DNA of 64,000 nucleotides from Waterburya sp. (GTDB lineage Bacteria; Cyanobacteriota; Cyanobacteriia; Cyanobacteriales; Xenococcaceae). Positions 39,465 through 49,618 of the stretch are shown here, piece by piece. The notes beneath the pieces were generated by a model. That model worked only from the letters and a program-made list of their open reading frames with translations, ran no database searches and was not told the origin of the DNA. Location of the stretch: positions 4,352,001 through 4,416,000 of the forward strand of contig CBDCJV010000002.1 of NCBI GenBank assembly GCA_965217895.1, written 5' to 3'. Position 1 is the stretch's first letter. The number at the start of each line of letters is the position of its first letter. Both the position numbers and the translations under genes were made by a program.

Positions 39465-40685
39465 TTAAAAAATATTCACTTGATCGAGTAATACTCTTGC
39501 TTGATGTTCCCAGCAAAGTTGATCGTTAAATATTTTCAGAGCATTATTTTTAGATACCTGTAACTTAGATAAATCTTGTAGCAAGCTTTCTAAAGCATTA
39601 GCAAGAGCTACAGGATTATTACTAGGAATAAGACTACCTACTTGGGGATACTGGGATAAAATTTCTTTTTGACCAAGTGTATCAGTAGCAACTACAGTTA
39701 AGCCTCCTTGTAAATACTGAAATAATTTGTTAGTCACCGTGTAATTACGGCTATTGGTGTCAGTTTGTTCCAAAGCCAAACCAATATCATGTTCGGCAAT
39801 ACGAGATAATAATTCATGATTGGGAACAGTGGGATGAATAAAAATATATTTGCGCCACTGAGAAGGAATCAAAGGTTCTAATGACTTTCTTGAACTTTCA
39901 GAATAATTACCCCGTAAATGGATTTCTACTGGAGTTTGCAGGTGATTTAAAGCAGAAAAAAGAGTTTCTAAGCCTCTTCCTATTCCTATAGTTTGAGAAA
40001 ACCAATGTAGAGAAGGTAAATCCAAATTTTGACGGTCTTGGATTTCCCCATCAATGTATTCTCTTTCTGTTTTAGGGAAGGTATTATAAACTACGGTTGG
40101 CTCAGGGACATCATAAGCTTGAGAAATTGCCTTTGCCATAGCATTAGACGTGGTAAGACAATATTGGCATTCCTTAACTAGGCGAGCTTCATACTTTTTA
40201 AGTTGGGGAATTGATCTAGTCACCCTAGCTTCTGGTAATAAGTCTTCAGAAAACCAATCTTCAAAATCTACTCCTATTCTCAAGCCATCATCTAATAGTT
40301 GATTTGCCACCCACAACCCAACTTCTGAATGAACTATCGTTAGATCTGCACGAATTTGACGTGCCAGCTTGAGCATAGCTTTAGCACCGTAGCCTAACAA
40401 TTCTGGAGCAAAAAGCTGCCATCTTTTATGTTTTTCTTGAGCAATTCTTCCTTTAAGTCTTATCTGCCAATTCTGCCAAGGATGAGAGGGTTGAAAATCA
40501 ACGATAGGTTCAAATCGCCACTGTTTATCTTTCATTAATAGGCGATCGCGCTTTACTAATTCTGGGTCAAACCAAAATCCTCTAACTATTACTTCATGAC
40601 CAGCTTTAGCTAAAGTTTCTGCTTCTTTTTGTGGTCTAGGAGCAGTGCTTAAGTGTGCGCCTATGAGAATCAGAATTTTAGCCAT
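39465..40685 (-). CDS. glycosyltransferase (GT4-like)
   Basis: PR..KEA..L..AG, RGLE, DIGLA, TNKLFQY..GL.V..TD. Confidence 0.85.
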   Translation of the reverse strand: MAKILILIGAHLSTAPRPQKEAETLAKAGHEVIVRGFWFDPELVKRDRLLMKDKQWRFEPIVDFQPSHPWQNWQIRLKGRIAQEKHKRWQLFAPELLGYGAKAMLKLARQIRADLTIVHSEVGLWVANQLLDDGLRIGVDFEDWFSEDLLPEARVTRSIPQLKKYEARLVKECQYCLTTSNAMAKAISQAYDVPEPTVVYNTFPKTEREYIDGEIQDRQNLDLPSLHWFSQTIGIGRGLETLFSALNHLQTPVEIHLRGNYSESSRKSLEPLIPSQWRKYIFIHPTVPNHELLSRIAEHDIGLALEQTDTNSRNYTVTNKLFQYLQGGLTVVATDTLGQKEILSQYPQVGSLIPSNNPVALANALESLLQDLSKLQVSKNNALKIFNDQLCWEHQARVLLDQVNIF

Positions 40686-40694
40686 GGTAATTAA

Positions 40695-41669
40695 TTATGC
40701 TGCTTTGAGAATATTCAAATAATTTTGAGCGCACTTTTCTAAGGTTAAGTTCTCTAAAATGTAGTCGCGAGGCGTAAATTTATGGGAATTAAGTAAGTCG
40801 AGAAACTGCGTTAACCGCTCGGAAAATTCCTCAATATTCTGAAATTTAATTCCACAGCGATCGCTCCAATAAGGTACAGAAGTAGCAGCAATATCTGGTT
40901 GTCCCCAGGTGAAGCGATTAGGGTCTAAATATTTACCATTATCCCAAGCCAAAATAGGAACATTGCTAGCTAAACACTCTTGATAAGCTAGCCCCTGACT
41001 TTCATGTTCACACAAAAAGATCATGGCACGACAGCGACTAAGAGCCTCCTGATATTCCCCTGGTTGATAAAAGCCATAACGTAACTCTTGATAACTTAGT
41101 CCACGCTTGGCTAACTCTTCGTATATGGGAACAAGCATTTTGGCAGCTTTGGTTGGGTAGTCCCACCTAATTTTGTTATAGATTAAAAAATCGGTAGATT
41201 TCGCCGACTTAGGACTAGGCTGCCATTTATAGGTATCAATTCCGACTGCCCAAATTTTACAGCGATCGCCAAAATAAGGCTTATAAACTTCATTTGCCCA
41301 TTTTGAATGCTGCAAGTATTTAACGACTGGGTACTGTTGACACAAATCTGACCACTCACTAGGGTGAGTCATTAAACCAATACCCGCCACAATCGGATTA
41401 GTTCGATCGTAGTCCTCTAAACAATGACGATTTCTCCCTAACATTCCTACTAAATCATCTTTTTGTAAATTCTTGAAAGGAAGATTAACCGTATAAGAAA
41501 CGTTTAACTTATCTAATCCCTTGCAGAGATTGATAAATACCTTATCTACTCCACCAGGTCGATGTTTTCCGCGAATTAAACGACGTATCCAAGGGCGAAC
41601 AAAGCGATCGCCTTTGAGCCAGCGATCTCGTTCTGGTTCAAGTTTATAATACAGACAAATGCGACTCAT
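40695..41669 (-). CDS. glycosyltransferase (GT-B fold)
   Basis: ESQGLAYQECLASNVP (E-x7-E). ATG at 41669 preferred. Confidence 0.75.
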   Translation of the reverse strand: MSRICLYYKLEPERDRWLKGDRFVRPWIRRLIRGKHRPGGVDKVFINLCKGLDKLNVSYTVNLPFKNLQKDDLVGMLGRNRHCLEDYDRTNPIVAGIGLMTHPSEWSDLCQQYPVVKYLQHSKWANEVYKPYFGDRCKIWAVGIDTYKWQPSPKSAKSTDFLIYNKIRWDYPTKAAKMLVPIYEELAKRGLSYQELRYGFYQPGEYQEALSRCRAMIFLCEHESQGLAYQECLASNVPILAWDNGKYLDPNRFTWGQPDIAATSVPYWSDRCGIKFQNIEEFSERLTQFLDLLNSHKFTPRDYILENLTLEKCAQNYLNILKAA

Positions 41670-42588
41670 TAATCTTTCTTTTAACCTCCTCAAATTTTTC
41701 TAAAATATCAGTACGAGACTTTGAGACAAAAGCAATGTTGGCATGATGGACGGGAAAGCTATCAAGCAGACCAAATTTGAAAGCACCGTCAAAGTCAAAA
41801 TTGAAAGCTTGATAATCATATTTTTCTAGATAAGAGCTTAATTCATAGGCTCTTGCCGAAGCTTTACCTGTGCTTGATGGCATATCAGCTTCTAAGACTA
41901 CAACAGGTTTATCTTTAAGAAGAAGATGATGTGCGCCTGTCATAACCAACATTTCTAATCCTTCAACGTCACACTTAATGAAATCCACAGGTTTTTCATA
42001 ACCTTCTAGAATGACATCTAGTGTAGTGACTGGCACTGTATTTGTAGCTGTTGCATCTATAGTATTAATACATTTGTTAAAAGCAGATTCCCAGATAGGT
42101 TTATTTTGTATAGATAGAGTTCCAGTTTTATCAGCTACAGCCTTCTGATAAAGAACAGCTTGAGGATAACGAGCTAAATTTTTACGGGCGAGATTATAAG
42201 CATCTGTGCTGGGTTCAAAACAAAATACATGGCCAGTTGAGCCTACTAGTTTAGCTGCCAGCACAGCTTCATAGCCAAAGTGTGTTCCTATATCCACCAC
42301 AGTTTGACCAGACTTGATTAGCCAAAGCATGAGAGCAGTCAAAGCAACTTCAGAATAGCCAAATGCCAAAATTTGTTGAGAGACAATTTCCCCCGTAATA
42401 ACTCGCATTTTCTCTCCCCAAAACAAGGGAACAGAAAATTCTTGATGCCAACCTAATTTTTGGATTAGTTGTCCTAACCAAACAGATCTGCGTCTCCAAA
42501 AACAAGACCAATCACCTGATTTATTTTGATTCCACCAATATATTAATTCCGCTAAAAGTTCGGGATTTGCGGGAGTAGTTTGATTCAT
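41644..42588 (-). CDS. FkbM family methyltransferase
   Basis: VDIGTHFG, FEPS, DFIKCDVEGLE. Confidence 0.9.
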   Translation of the reverse strand: MNQTTPANPELLAELIYWWNQNKSGDWSCFWRRRSVWLGQLIQKLGWHQEFSVPLFWGEKMRVITGEIVSQQILAFGYSEVALTALMLWLIKSGQTVVDIGTHFGYEAVLAAKLVGSTGHVFCFEPSTDAYNLARKNLARYPQAVLYQKAVADKTGTLSIQNKPIWESAFNKCINTIDATATNTVPVTTLDVILEGYEKPVDFIKCDVEGLEMLVMTGAHHLLLKDKPVVVLEADMPSSTGKASARAYELSSYLEKYDYQAFNFDFDGAFKFGLLDSFPVHHANIAFVSKSRTDILEKFEEVKRKINESHLSVL

Positions 42589-43763
42589 TATTTAATGCCC
42601 AAGGCTGTAGTTATTTTGGTTAGACTATTGGTAAACGTATGCTCTGCTAAAGCTCGCTTTTGACCGTTAAAACGCAACATTTTCCTTTTTTCTGGTTCAG
42701 CTTCTAGTTGACAGATTTTTTCCTGCATTTCTTCTGGACTACGGTAGGTTTCTATTTCTCTGCCTAGCTCATACATTTGCTCTATTCCTTCTGTCCATTC
42801 AGTTAAATAACAAGCCCCCATCATCGGTGCTTCTAGATCGCGCAGCCGAGAATATGTGTCTGGTTGTGTAAAAGAATAGCGAAAGCTGGGATAGCGATTA
42901 ATACCTAAAGTTATAATGCTTTGCTGAATAATTTTTATATATTCGTCAAAGTTTGGTTTCGGACGAATATAAGGGTAAAAAATAGAATCATCAATCGATT
43001 CATGCCATTTTGATTGAGTTTTTCTTAACCAAGCACAAAGCCCTTGATATTTTAAAAAATCTATTTGGTTAATAATAGTTTGATTTACATTTTTAAGCTT
43101 AGATTTTTGCCAATTACTAGAATTTGCATTCTCTTGTTTTGTCTGCCATCCAGTACCCCTAATTTCTAGATTGACTCCTAAATTAATAACTTGAGAGAGT
43201 AACGCCGATCTTTGCTTATCTTTAGAACCAATAAATGTTGTGTAGTATTGTTCCTTGTATTGACAATTTCTATGTACTGAATTTATCCAAATAGGCATGG
43301 GTGCATGAATGTAATTTAACTTTGCCTGTCCGTACATTTTTAAAGCTTTATATTCGGGAACCCAATTTAAATCAAAGCAATGAAATTCTTGAGGTACTTT
43401 GGTAAATTCTCTGACATTATCGCAAAAGAAGTTAACACAAGGTATTCCTAAAGCTTGAATTTCTTTAATAGCTGATGTTGATATTTGTTGAGGATATAAA
43501 TAACTAAGAAATAAATCTATTCCTTGTATTTTATGTTGTTTTTTTATTTGAGCTATAGTTAATTTCCAAGTGCGATCGCGCCACCAATCTAGTTCTTTTG
43601 AGTTTGCTGAATATACCAAACCTTCTGCCCAATCAATTTCTTTTGCTTCTGTCCATTCCTGGTTCGCTTCTTCTATTCCTTTTTTAAAATAAGTTTCCCA
43701 GAATTGATAGGCAGGAATAGGATGGTTTTTCAGCGATTGCTGGCAACAAATAAATATTTGCAT
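42588..43763 (-). CDS. glycosyltransferase, CgeB/Glyco_trans_1_2-like
   Basis: C-terminal R.RDLEAPMMGACYLT, E...Y, G.KRAL.EHT pattern. Confidence 0.75.
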   Translation of the reverse strand: MQIFICCQQSLKNHPIPAYQFWETYFKKGIEEANQEWTEAKEIDWAEGLVYSANSKELDWWRDRTWKLTIAQIKKQHKIQGIDLFLSYLYPQQISTSAIKEIQALGIPCVNFFCDNVREFTKVPQEFHCFDLNWVPEYKALKMYGQAKLNYIHAPMPIWINSVHRNCQYKEQYYTTFIGSKDKQRSALLSQVINLGVNLEIRGTGWQTKQENANSSNWQKSKLKNVNQTIINQIDFLKYQGLCAWLRKTQSKWHESIDDSIFYPYIRPKPNFDEYIKIIQQSIITLGINRYPSFRYSFTQPDTYSRLRDLEAPMMGACYLTEWTEGIEQMYELGREIETYRSPEEMQEKICQLEAEPEKRKMLRFNGQKRALAEHTFTNSLTKITTALGIK

Positions 43764-43772
43764 AGCTGTAAT

Positions 43773-44768
43773 TTATGATATCTTTCCGAGATAATTATTA
43801 AAGTGAAGTATATTAGTTCTTGTTGAACGAAAATATATTTGAATTTTTCTAGCTGTTTTCCATCCTAAAATTTTGTTTAATAAATGAAATATTTTTCCTC
43901 CTGCTGGTTTTAGTTCACAACCTCCAAGCTCATGAACTTCTCTTTCTGCTTCTTTGACTAAATTCAGTTCATTTGGATAAATACCGTAAATAAATCTTTG
44001 AAAAGCAATAGCACAAGCATGGCGAGTATATTGATTATTTTTTGTAGCTAGTAAATACTCTGTGCATAACTCTATAGATTGGAAAGCAGAAATCAAAGCA
44101 GAAGAAGACTTGATTCTGCTCAAGCTATTAGTCAAACCTGAACGATAATAGCTTTTTGCTCGCTCACAAAATATAATGCCATCACTTGCTAAGATTGCTC
44201 TACAAAAATATTCACCGTCATCATTGAGAGACAGTTCTTCATTCCAAAGTCCTGCTTTATCGGATATTTTACGAGGAATTAACCAAGCAGCAGGATGCAT
44301 CATTCCTCCTCCACCCCAAGAACAAACCAGCCAATCTACGGGGGACATATCTTGCCATACAGGTTCTGATCTAAACTGAGTCTCTGCTGTAGATTGAAAA
44401 AAACGACCCCAAGCTCCTGCTGCTAAATAATTAGCGTCGGTTTTTTGCAAAAGCTCTATTTGTCGCGTAATTTTATCTGTCGCCAATATGTCATCTGCAT
44501 CAAGGTACTGAATAAAATCACCTTGTGCTTCTTTTAAAGCTCTATTTCTAGCAGCACTTGCTCCTTTATTTTTTTGACTAATAACTTTAACAATAGAAGA
44601 TTCAAAACTTTTAGCTACTGCCAAACTATTATCTGTTGAGCCATCATTGACTACTATAATCTCTTTATTTGTCCAAGTTTGGGTCAGTGCGGATTTTATA
44701 GTTTCAGCAAGCCATTGTTCTGAGTTATAACAAGGAATAAGAATAGATACTAATAATGGAGATTTCAT
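43773..44768 (-). CDS. glycosyltransferase family 2
   Basis: VSILIPCYN, VNDGSTD, GASAARN, YLDADD. Confidence 0.92.
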   Translation of the reverse strand: MKSPLLVSILIPCYNSEQWLAETIKSALTQTWTNKEIIVVNDGSTDNSLAVAKSFESSIVKVISQKNKGASAARNRALKEAQGDFIQYLDADDILATDKITRQIELLQKTDANYLAAGAWGRFFQSTAETQFRSEPVWQDMSPVDWLVCSWGGGGMMHPAAWLIPRKISDKAGLWNEELSLNDDGEYFCRAILASDGIIFCERAKSYYRSGLTNSLSRIKSSSALISAFQSIELCTEYLLATKNNQYTRHACAIAFQRFIYGIYPNELNLVKEAEREVHELGGCELKPAGGKIFHLLNKILGWKTARKIQIYFRSTRTNILHFNNYLGKIS

Positions 44769-44809
44769 AGTAGTAAAATTATAGTTATTGAAATAAAAAT
44801 AGATAAGCT

Positions 44810-45763
44810 TTAGCCTATACGCCAGGGGATAAATTTTCTTAAATTTCGTCCTAGATTACCAAAACGCAAACTTAGTGCATTGCGGTAGCCAAAACTATTA
44901 GCTAATAGTTTCATTGGCTTACTATAAATTTGAGATACATTTTTCTTCCATCCAAGAGATTCGCAAAAATCTAAATAATCAAAAGCAAGTTGCAAATCTC
45001 CCTCCGCAGCACACAAACCAATCATCCTAGCACCATCAGCTATTAAAATTTGATGGTATTGCTTAGGAAGTTCTTGGAAATAGTATTTAAGAGCTTTTAG
45101 ATGTTCTCTCCAACAAGCCAAATATGAGCGAGAAGAATAAGTGTCTTCTCCAAAGCGATTGATTGCTAATGGTAAAGTAAGATTAAAAATTCTAGCACCA
45201 GAAAAAGCTAGTCTTATATGTAAGTCTGGGTCTTCATCTCTTGATAAAGTCTCACGAAAACCACCTATTTTTTCTAATGCTTCTCTACGATACAATCCAT
45301 TAATTGGGTAACAACAATGAGTTAAAAAGAAACCTGTTGGATCTAAATTATTATTCAACCCCGAATAATCATGTATATGTCTAACATTATTGGTTTCTCT
45401 ATCTATTACTTTTATATTTGTGATTACTGCATCCCAATCATCTGTCAGTGTGGCTAGAGTTTGTTCTACAAAGGTTGGCTCTAACCAGTCATCAACGTCA
45501 TGAAAATGAATTAGAGTACCTATAGATTTTCTTAATAAAATGTTTCTGCCTATGGACGGTCCTCGATTAGCTTTTCCATAAATAACACGACCAAAATTTT
45601 GTTTACGCAGTAGCTCTGCTGTATTATCTGTACTTGCATCATCATAAAACAATACTTCATCAAATGGTATTGTCTGTTGAGACATATTTGCCATGAAGTC
45701 TGTCAAATAAGGTTCTGCATTGTAGCAGGGAACTAATAAAGAAACGGCTGCTTTTGTAGACAT
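44810..45763 (-). CDS. glycosyltransferase family 2
   Basis: VPCYN, DDASTD, G.S.GRN, FHDVDD, GGFRE...EDPDL. Confidence 0.9.
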   Translation of the reverse strand: MSTKAAVSLLVPCYNAEPYLTDFMANMSQQTIPFDEVLFYDDASTDNTAELLRKQNFGRVIYGKANRGPSIGRNILLRKSIGTLIHFHDVDDWLEPTFVEQTLATLTDDWDAVITNIKVIDRETNNVRHIHDYSGLNNNLDPTGFFLTHCCYPINGLYRREALEKIGGFRETLSRDEDPDLHIRLAFSGARIFNLTLPLAINRFGEDTYSSRSYLACWREHLKALKYYFQELPKQYHQILIADGARMIGLCAAEGDLQLAFDYLDFCESLGWKKNVSQIYSKPMKLLANSFGYRNALSLRFGNLGRNLRKFIPWRIG

Positions 45764-45771
45764 AAGATTAT

Positions 45772-46836
45772 TTAATTAACTGCTTTAAGAAAACCATGTA
45801 TGGGATGCCATCTAAAAATATCTCCATTGAGCATATGATAGAGATAACCCATCAACAAACGGATCGTTTTCCAGATTTTATTCAAAAATTTAATATTAGG
45901 AGAATTATAAAAATACTTGACAGTGCATAAATATGACAATGTACATAAATAAAATCTTTGAAGAGAAATATTGGTGAGCGTTTTTTCCACAAGATGCGCT
46001 TGCTCCAAGTTATGAATATCGTTCAAAGTGGAAGATTTGCTGTCTGGATGTATCCTTATCCAAGCTAATTCTCGATCTACGTATTTAGCCTTTCCTACTT
46101 GACAAAGTTTTAATAGTAAATCATAGTCCATACAAAATTTAAGAGTACGATCAATACCTGCTGTTTTCTGGTAAGCTCTCTTCGTCCAAAAACAAGCTGG
46201 TTGCTGTACACTTTGACCCCGAGCAATCAATTTGGCATAAGTAGGAGTTGAATATTTGTAGCGAGTCTCAATCCAGGGAAACCATCCCGTTCCTTGATCG
46301 ATTTTAGCTGCTCCGCAAAAAAGATCGATCTTAGGACTGATAATGTATTGGTTTGCTAACCACTCTAATGAACCCTGAAGATATAAATCATCAGAACATA
46401 ACCAAGCTAGAAGTTCGCCGTTGGCAATTTCAAAACCCGTAGCGATCGCATCACTTTGACCTCCATCTGGTTCGGAAACTATATGACTCAAGCAGGGTGA
46501 GTAACGCTTTAAAATTGCCTGAGTTTTATCAGTAGACCCCCCATCCATGATGATGTATTCTAAATTAGGATAATTTTGCAGTAGTACTGACCTAATTGTC
46601 TCTTCAATAAATTCTCCCTGATTATAGGAAGGAGTAACAATTGAAATTTTAGGCCAAGGTTTGCCATCTTCCATCGTTGGGGGTAAAGGCTCAGTTTGTT
46701 CTGTCCAAGGCCAGCCACTAGATTGTTCAACAGGCGCAGGAAGAAAACTAAGTAAACCTTGGGCAGAGTAAGGTACAATCGATAGCGATTGGGTTATCTT
46801 TTCAGATTTATTAACACGAGAAATGTTATTAACCAT
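45772..46836 (-). CDS. glycosyltransferase family 2
   Basis: PKISIVTPSYNQG, DGGSTD, GQSDAI, SDD, MDYDL. Confidence 0.92.
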   Translation of the reverse strand: MVNNISRVNKSEKITQSLSIVPYSAQGLLSFLPAPVEQSSGWPWTEQTEPLPPTMEDGKPWPKISIVTPSYNQGEFIEETIRSVLLQNYPNLEYIIMDGGSTDKTQAILKRYSPCLSHIVSEPDGGQSDAIATGFEIANGELLAWLCSDDLYLQGSLEWLANQYIISPKIDLFCGAAKIDQGTGWFPWIETRYKYSTPTYAKLIARGQSVQQPACFWTKRAYQKTAGIDRTLKFCMDYDLLLKLCQVGKAKYVDRELAWIRIHPDSKSSTLNDIHNLEQAHLVEKTLTNISLQRFYLCTLSYLCTVKYFYNSPNIKFLNKIWKTIRLLMGYLYHMLNGDIFRWHPIHGFLKAVN

Positions 46837-46854
46837 ATTGTATAGTTTTAAATT

Positions 46855-46993
46855 TAAATAATATTTGTCGATAAGGTTCTATATATCTTTAAACTTGTAG
46901 AGTAAGAGAATATTCTTTAAATGCGATCGCTCTAAAGTTTTGTTTCATTTCTGCTCTTAATTGGTTATCTTCAAGTGATGGTATCGCGATCGC
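46855..46993 (-). pseudogene. C-terminal remnant of a GT4 glycosyltransferase
   Basis: Minus frame from 46975 reads LEDNQLRAEMKQNFRAIAFKEYSLTLQV*RYIEPYRQIL, a GT4 C-terminal helix pattern with an internal TAA (46891-46889). HIP1 at 46986-46993 lies at its 5' edge. Confidence 0.65.
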
Positions 46994-47060
46994 CAATAAA
47001 AAATAAACATTTTTATCATATAATTGTATGTTTTTGATATTCTGCAATACTCAACCGAAA

Positions 47061-47981
47061 TTACCAAGTAGAAATTTCTTGCATGGCTAACCTTATTCCA
47101 TTTTGACTAGCATCGTAAAAATGCCGATTTCTCGATTCCATTTTTAAACGTCTCAAATAATTAATTATTCTTCGATAAATACTTGGTCTTAATTCATTTT
47201 TATTCGGCATTTTTCCACGAAAAGCTTGCAGAATAATACCAGAAAATGTCATTCCTTCAACTAGACGAAGTAAATAATTTTCATCAAGACGACTAGAAGG
47301 AATTAGGTGAGTTAAACATAGTGATTCAAACTGACCCGTACCCAAATTTAAATCGCAAGCAGTAAATGCTAAATCAGAATCTCCACAAGAGGTCAATAAA
47401 TGTCCTTTACGATCTAACTCTGCTCTTTTAGGATTTTGAAAAATTACTTTTGCATATTCTTGAGCTACTATTTTGCGAATACATAGACCTGCTCCACAGG
47501 GGGTTGTTATATGTTGATTTACTAAATTTGACCACCTATCCGTGTCAAACTCTCTGATAGCAAGCATCCCCCAGTAAGGTTTTGTCCATTCAGGAGGTTT
47601 TACTTCAAATTTAGGTCTAATTTGACCACCCCATGCTCCTAATATTGACCACTTAAGACCAATTTGCCAAGTGGTTTCTAAATAATTTGAATCAAGAATA
47701 TTATCGTCATCAACAAAAACCAATATTTCTGCCTGTGATTCATCAATTCCTTTAATTCGAGCATAAGTAAGACCAAGTTTTTCTTCTCGAATATGACGAG
47801 CATTGGGATGCCAGCTTAAATCAATTTCTGAGGACAGTAGTTTTTCACTTGCATTATCAATTAATAATAATTCCCATTGTTTTAATTGCATAGTTTGAAA
47901 CTTCAAAGCAGTTAAAACGTTACTTAAGTAGTCTTTTCTAGGATTATGAGTACAAATAATTACGGATAATAAAGATTTCAT
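47061..47981 (-). CDS. glycosyltransferase family 2
   Basis: SVIICTHN, IDNAS, GL..AR, FVDDD, P.GAG, GD.DL. Confidence 0.92.
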   Translation of the reverse strand: MKSLLSVIICTHNPRKDYLSNVLTALKFQTMQLKQWELLLIDNASEKLLSSEIDLSWHPNARHIREEKLGLTYARIKGIDESQAEILVFVDDDNILDSNYLETTWQIGLKWSILGAWGGQIRPKFEVKPPEWTKPYWGMLAIREFDTDRWSNLVNQHITTPCGAGLCIRKIVAQEYAKVIFQNPKRAELDRKGHLLTSCGDSDLAFTACDLNLGTGQFESLCLTHLIPSSRLDENYLLRLVEGMTFSGIILQAFRGKMPNKNELRPSIYRRIINYLRRLKMESRNRHFYDASQNGIRLAMQEISTW

Positions 47982-48003
47982 ATTGTATAGTTAGTTATTT
48001 AAT

Positions 48004-48747
48004 TTATGCTAAATTGATTTTGCATCTTATGGCTTTTAACAAAATTTTTAGAGCATTTTTAATCGATGTTTTACCCAAATATAAGTCATTTATATTTTGC
48101 TCAAGCTGTTTTACATGATCGATTTTATGTTGATAAAGTTCGGGATGCACTATGTTTAAAATATTTGTTGAAGAGGTCATAATAGAAGGCTCAATACCAT
48201 TTTTAACAACTAAAAAAGTATTTTGCTTATACCACCAATTAATATCTGTATTAGACCAAAAAATATACCTAATACAATCTTGCATATTAAATCCATATTT
48301 GTGAAATTTATCGGACCAATATGTTGGCCATTGCTCGTTAATATGCCCGTCTCCATTTTGATTAGGAATTGCTGCCGAAAAAATTATATAATCCCCAAGA
48401 GAAATTAAAGTTTCGACAAAATGGTCGGAAGACTCTTTTGGAAGATGTTCGGCAACTTCCAATGAAATTACTAAATCAAATTTTCGATTAATGGTCAAAG
48501 GTTTAGTTAAATCATGAGATATAAATTGACTTTTATCGATATGTGAATAAAGTAAATCTTTATTTACATATTCTCCATCAATCCCCAAAATATCTCGAAC
48601 GCCTAAATCTTGAAATACAGATAACCAAGTACCTATTCCACAACCAACATCAACAACACTATGAGGGTGTAAGAACTCAAGTAAAATTGGTACAATTTTT
48701 TGAGCAGAGTTAATATTATAAATTATTGGATCATGTACAAAACTCAT
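48004..48747 (-). CDS. class I SAM-dependent methyltransferase
   Basis: VDVGCGIGTW, FDLVISLEVAEH, FSAA.P.Q.G.GHINEQW. Confidence 0.9.
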   Translation of the reverse strand: MSFVHDPIIYNINSAQKIVPILLEFLHPHSVVDVGCGIGTWLSVFQDLGVRDILGIDGEYVNKDLLYSHIDKSQFISHDLTKPLTINRKFDLVISLEVAEHLPKESSDHFVETLISLGDYIIFSAAIPNQNGDGHINEQWPTYWSDKFHKYGFNMQDCIRYIFWSNTDINWWYKQNTFLVVKNGIEPSIMTSSTNILNIVHPELYQHKIDHVKQLEQNINDLYLGKTSIKNALKILLKAIRCKINLA

Positions 48748-48822
48748 ATTTTTAAATCAAAACTAATTATTAACCCTATTTATTAAAGCCAAATAAAAAC
48801 AACAAATAGATATTATATCTTG

Positions 48823-49527
48823 TTACGTTTTGACAATGTAACAATTATTGTTATCAAGCTGATAAATTTTATCTGGAATATTGTTGGAAGATAAATATTG
48901 ATGCACCGCCTTAGAGCAACCATTCCAAACGTAGTAATCATCTAATATAATTAATCCACCTTTAGCAACAGCAGGATATAAATAGTTAAGGCACTTTATT
49001 ATCGAGTCATACCAATCACCATCTAATCTGAGTATGGCAATTTCCTCATTAATATTAAATTTAGGCAAAGTTTCGGAAAACCAACCGCAAACAGGTTGAT
49101 AATTTGTTATGCCAGCCAATTTCATTGCTGTTTCAGCATAAAAAATTTCCGCTTTGCAATTATCAAAATACATTGGACTTTTTTTATTTTCTTGCCACTT
49201 TTTTGCAGCCTCACCATCTATTTCTTGCGCTTCTGGAAGACCTTCAAAACTGTCAAACAGATAGTATCTTCGATCATTTCCTAGTAACTCTGCTATTGCA
49301 GCAATCATTCCACCACGCCAAACACCACATTCCACAATACTTCCCTTTACTTTTTTAAACTTAGAGCATAATATCAAGTTTTCGACAAAAGTTGATATTG
49401 GTATCATTGTATAGTTACTATACTTTTCATAAATTTGAGAAAATTGAGCGTCTTCTTGTTTAGTCTTAACAAGCTCAAATCCTAAATTGTTGATAGCTAA
49501 TTTCAATATCGTTTTCGGACTGATCAT
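48823..49527 (-). CDS. TylF/MycF/NovP family sugar O-methyltransferase
   Basis: IVECGVWRGG, FDSFEGLP, GWFSETLP, LRLDGDWY, GGLIILDDY. Confidence 0.9.
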   Translation of the reverse strand: MISPKTILKLAINNLGFELVKTKQEDAQFSQIYEKYSNYTMIPISTFVENLILCSKFKKVKGSIVECGVWRGGMIAAIAELLGNDRRYYLFDSFEGLPEAQEIDGEAAKKWQENKKSPMYFDNCKAEIFYAETAMKLAGITNYQPVCGWFSETLPKFNINEEIAILRLDGDWYDSIIKCLNYLYPAVAKGGLIILDDYYVWNGCSKAVHQYLSSNNIPDKIYQLDNNNCYIVKT

Positions 49528-49618
49528 TTATTTAAATTTAAAGAATAAAGTTTTTATTTCAACATAATTGACATAAAGAGTTATATAAATTCTTTATAAT
49601 ATAAACTTCATGAACTCA

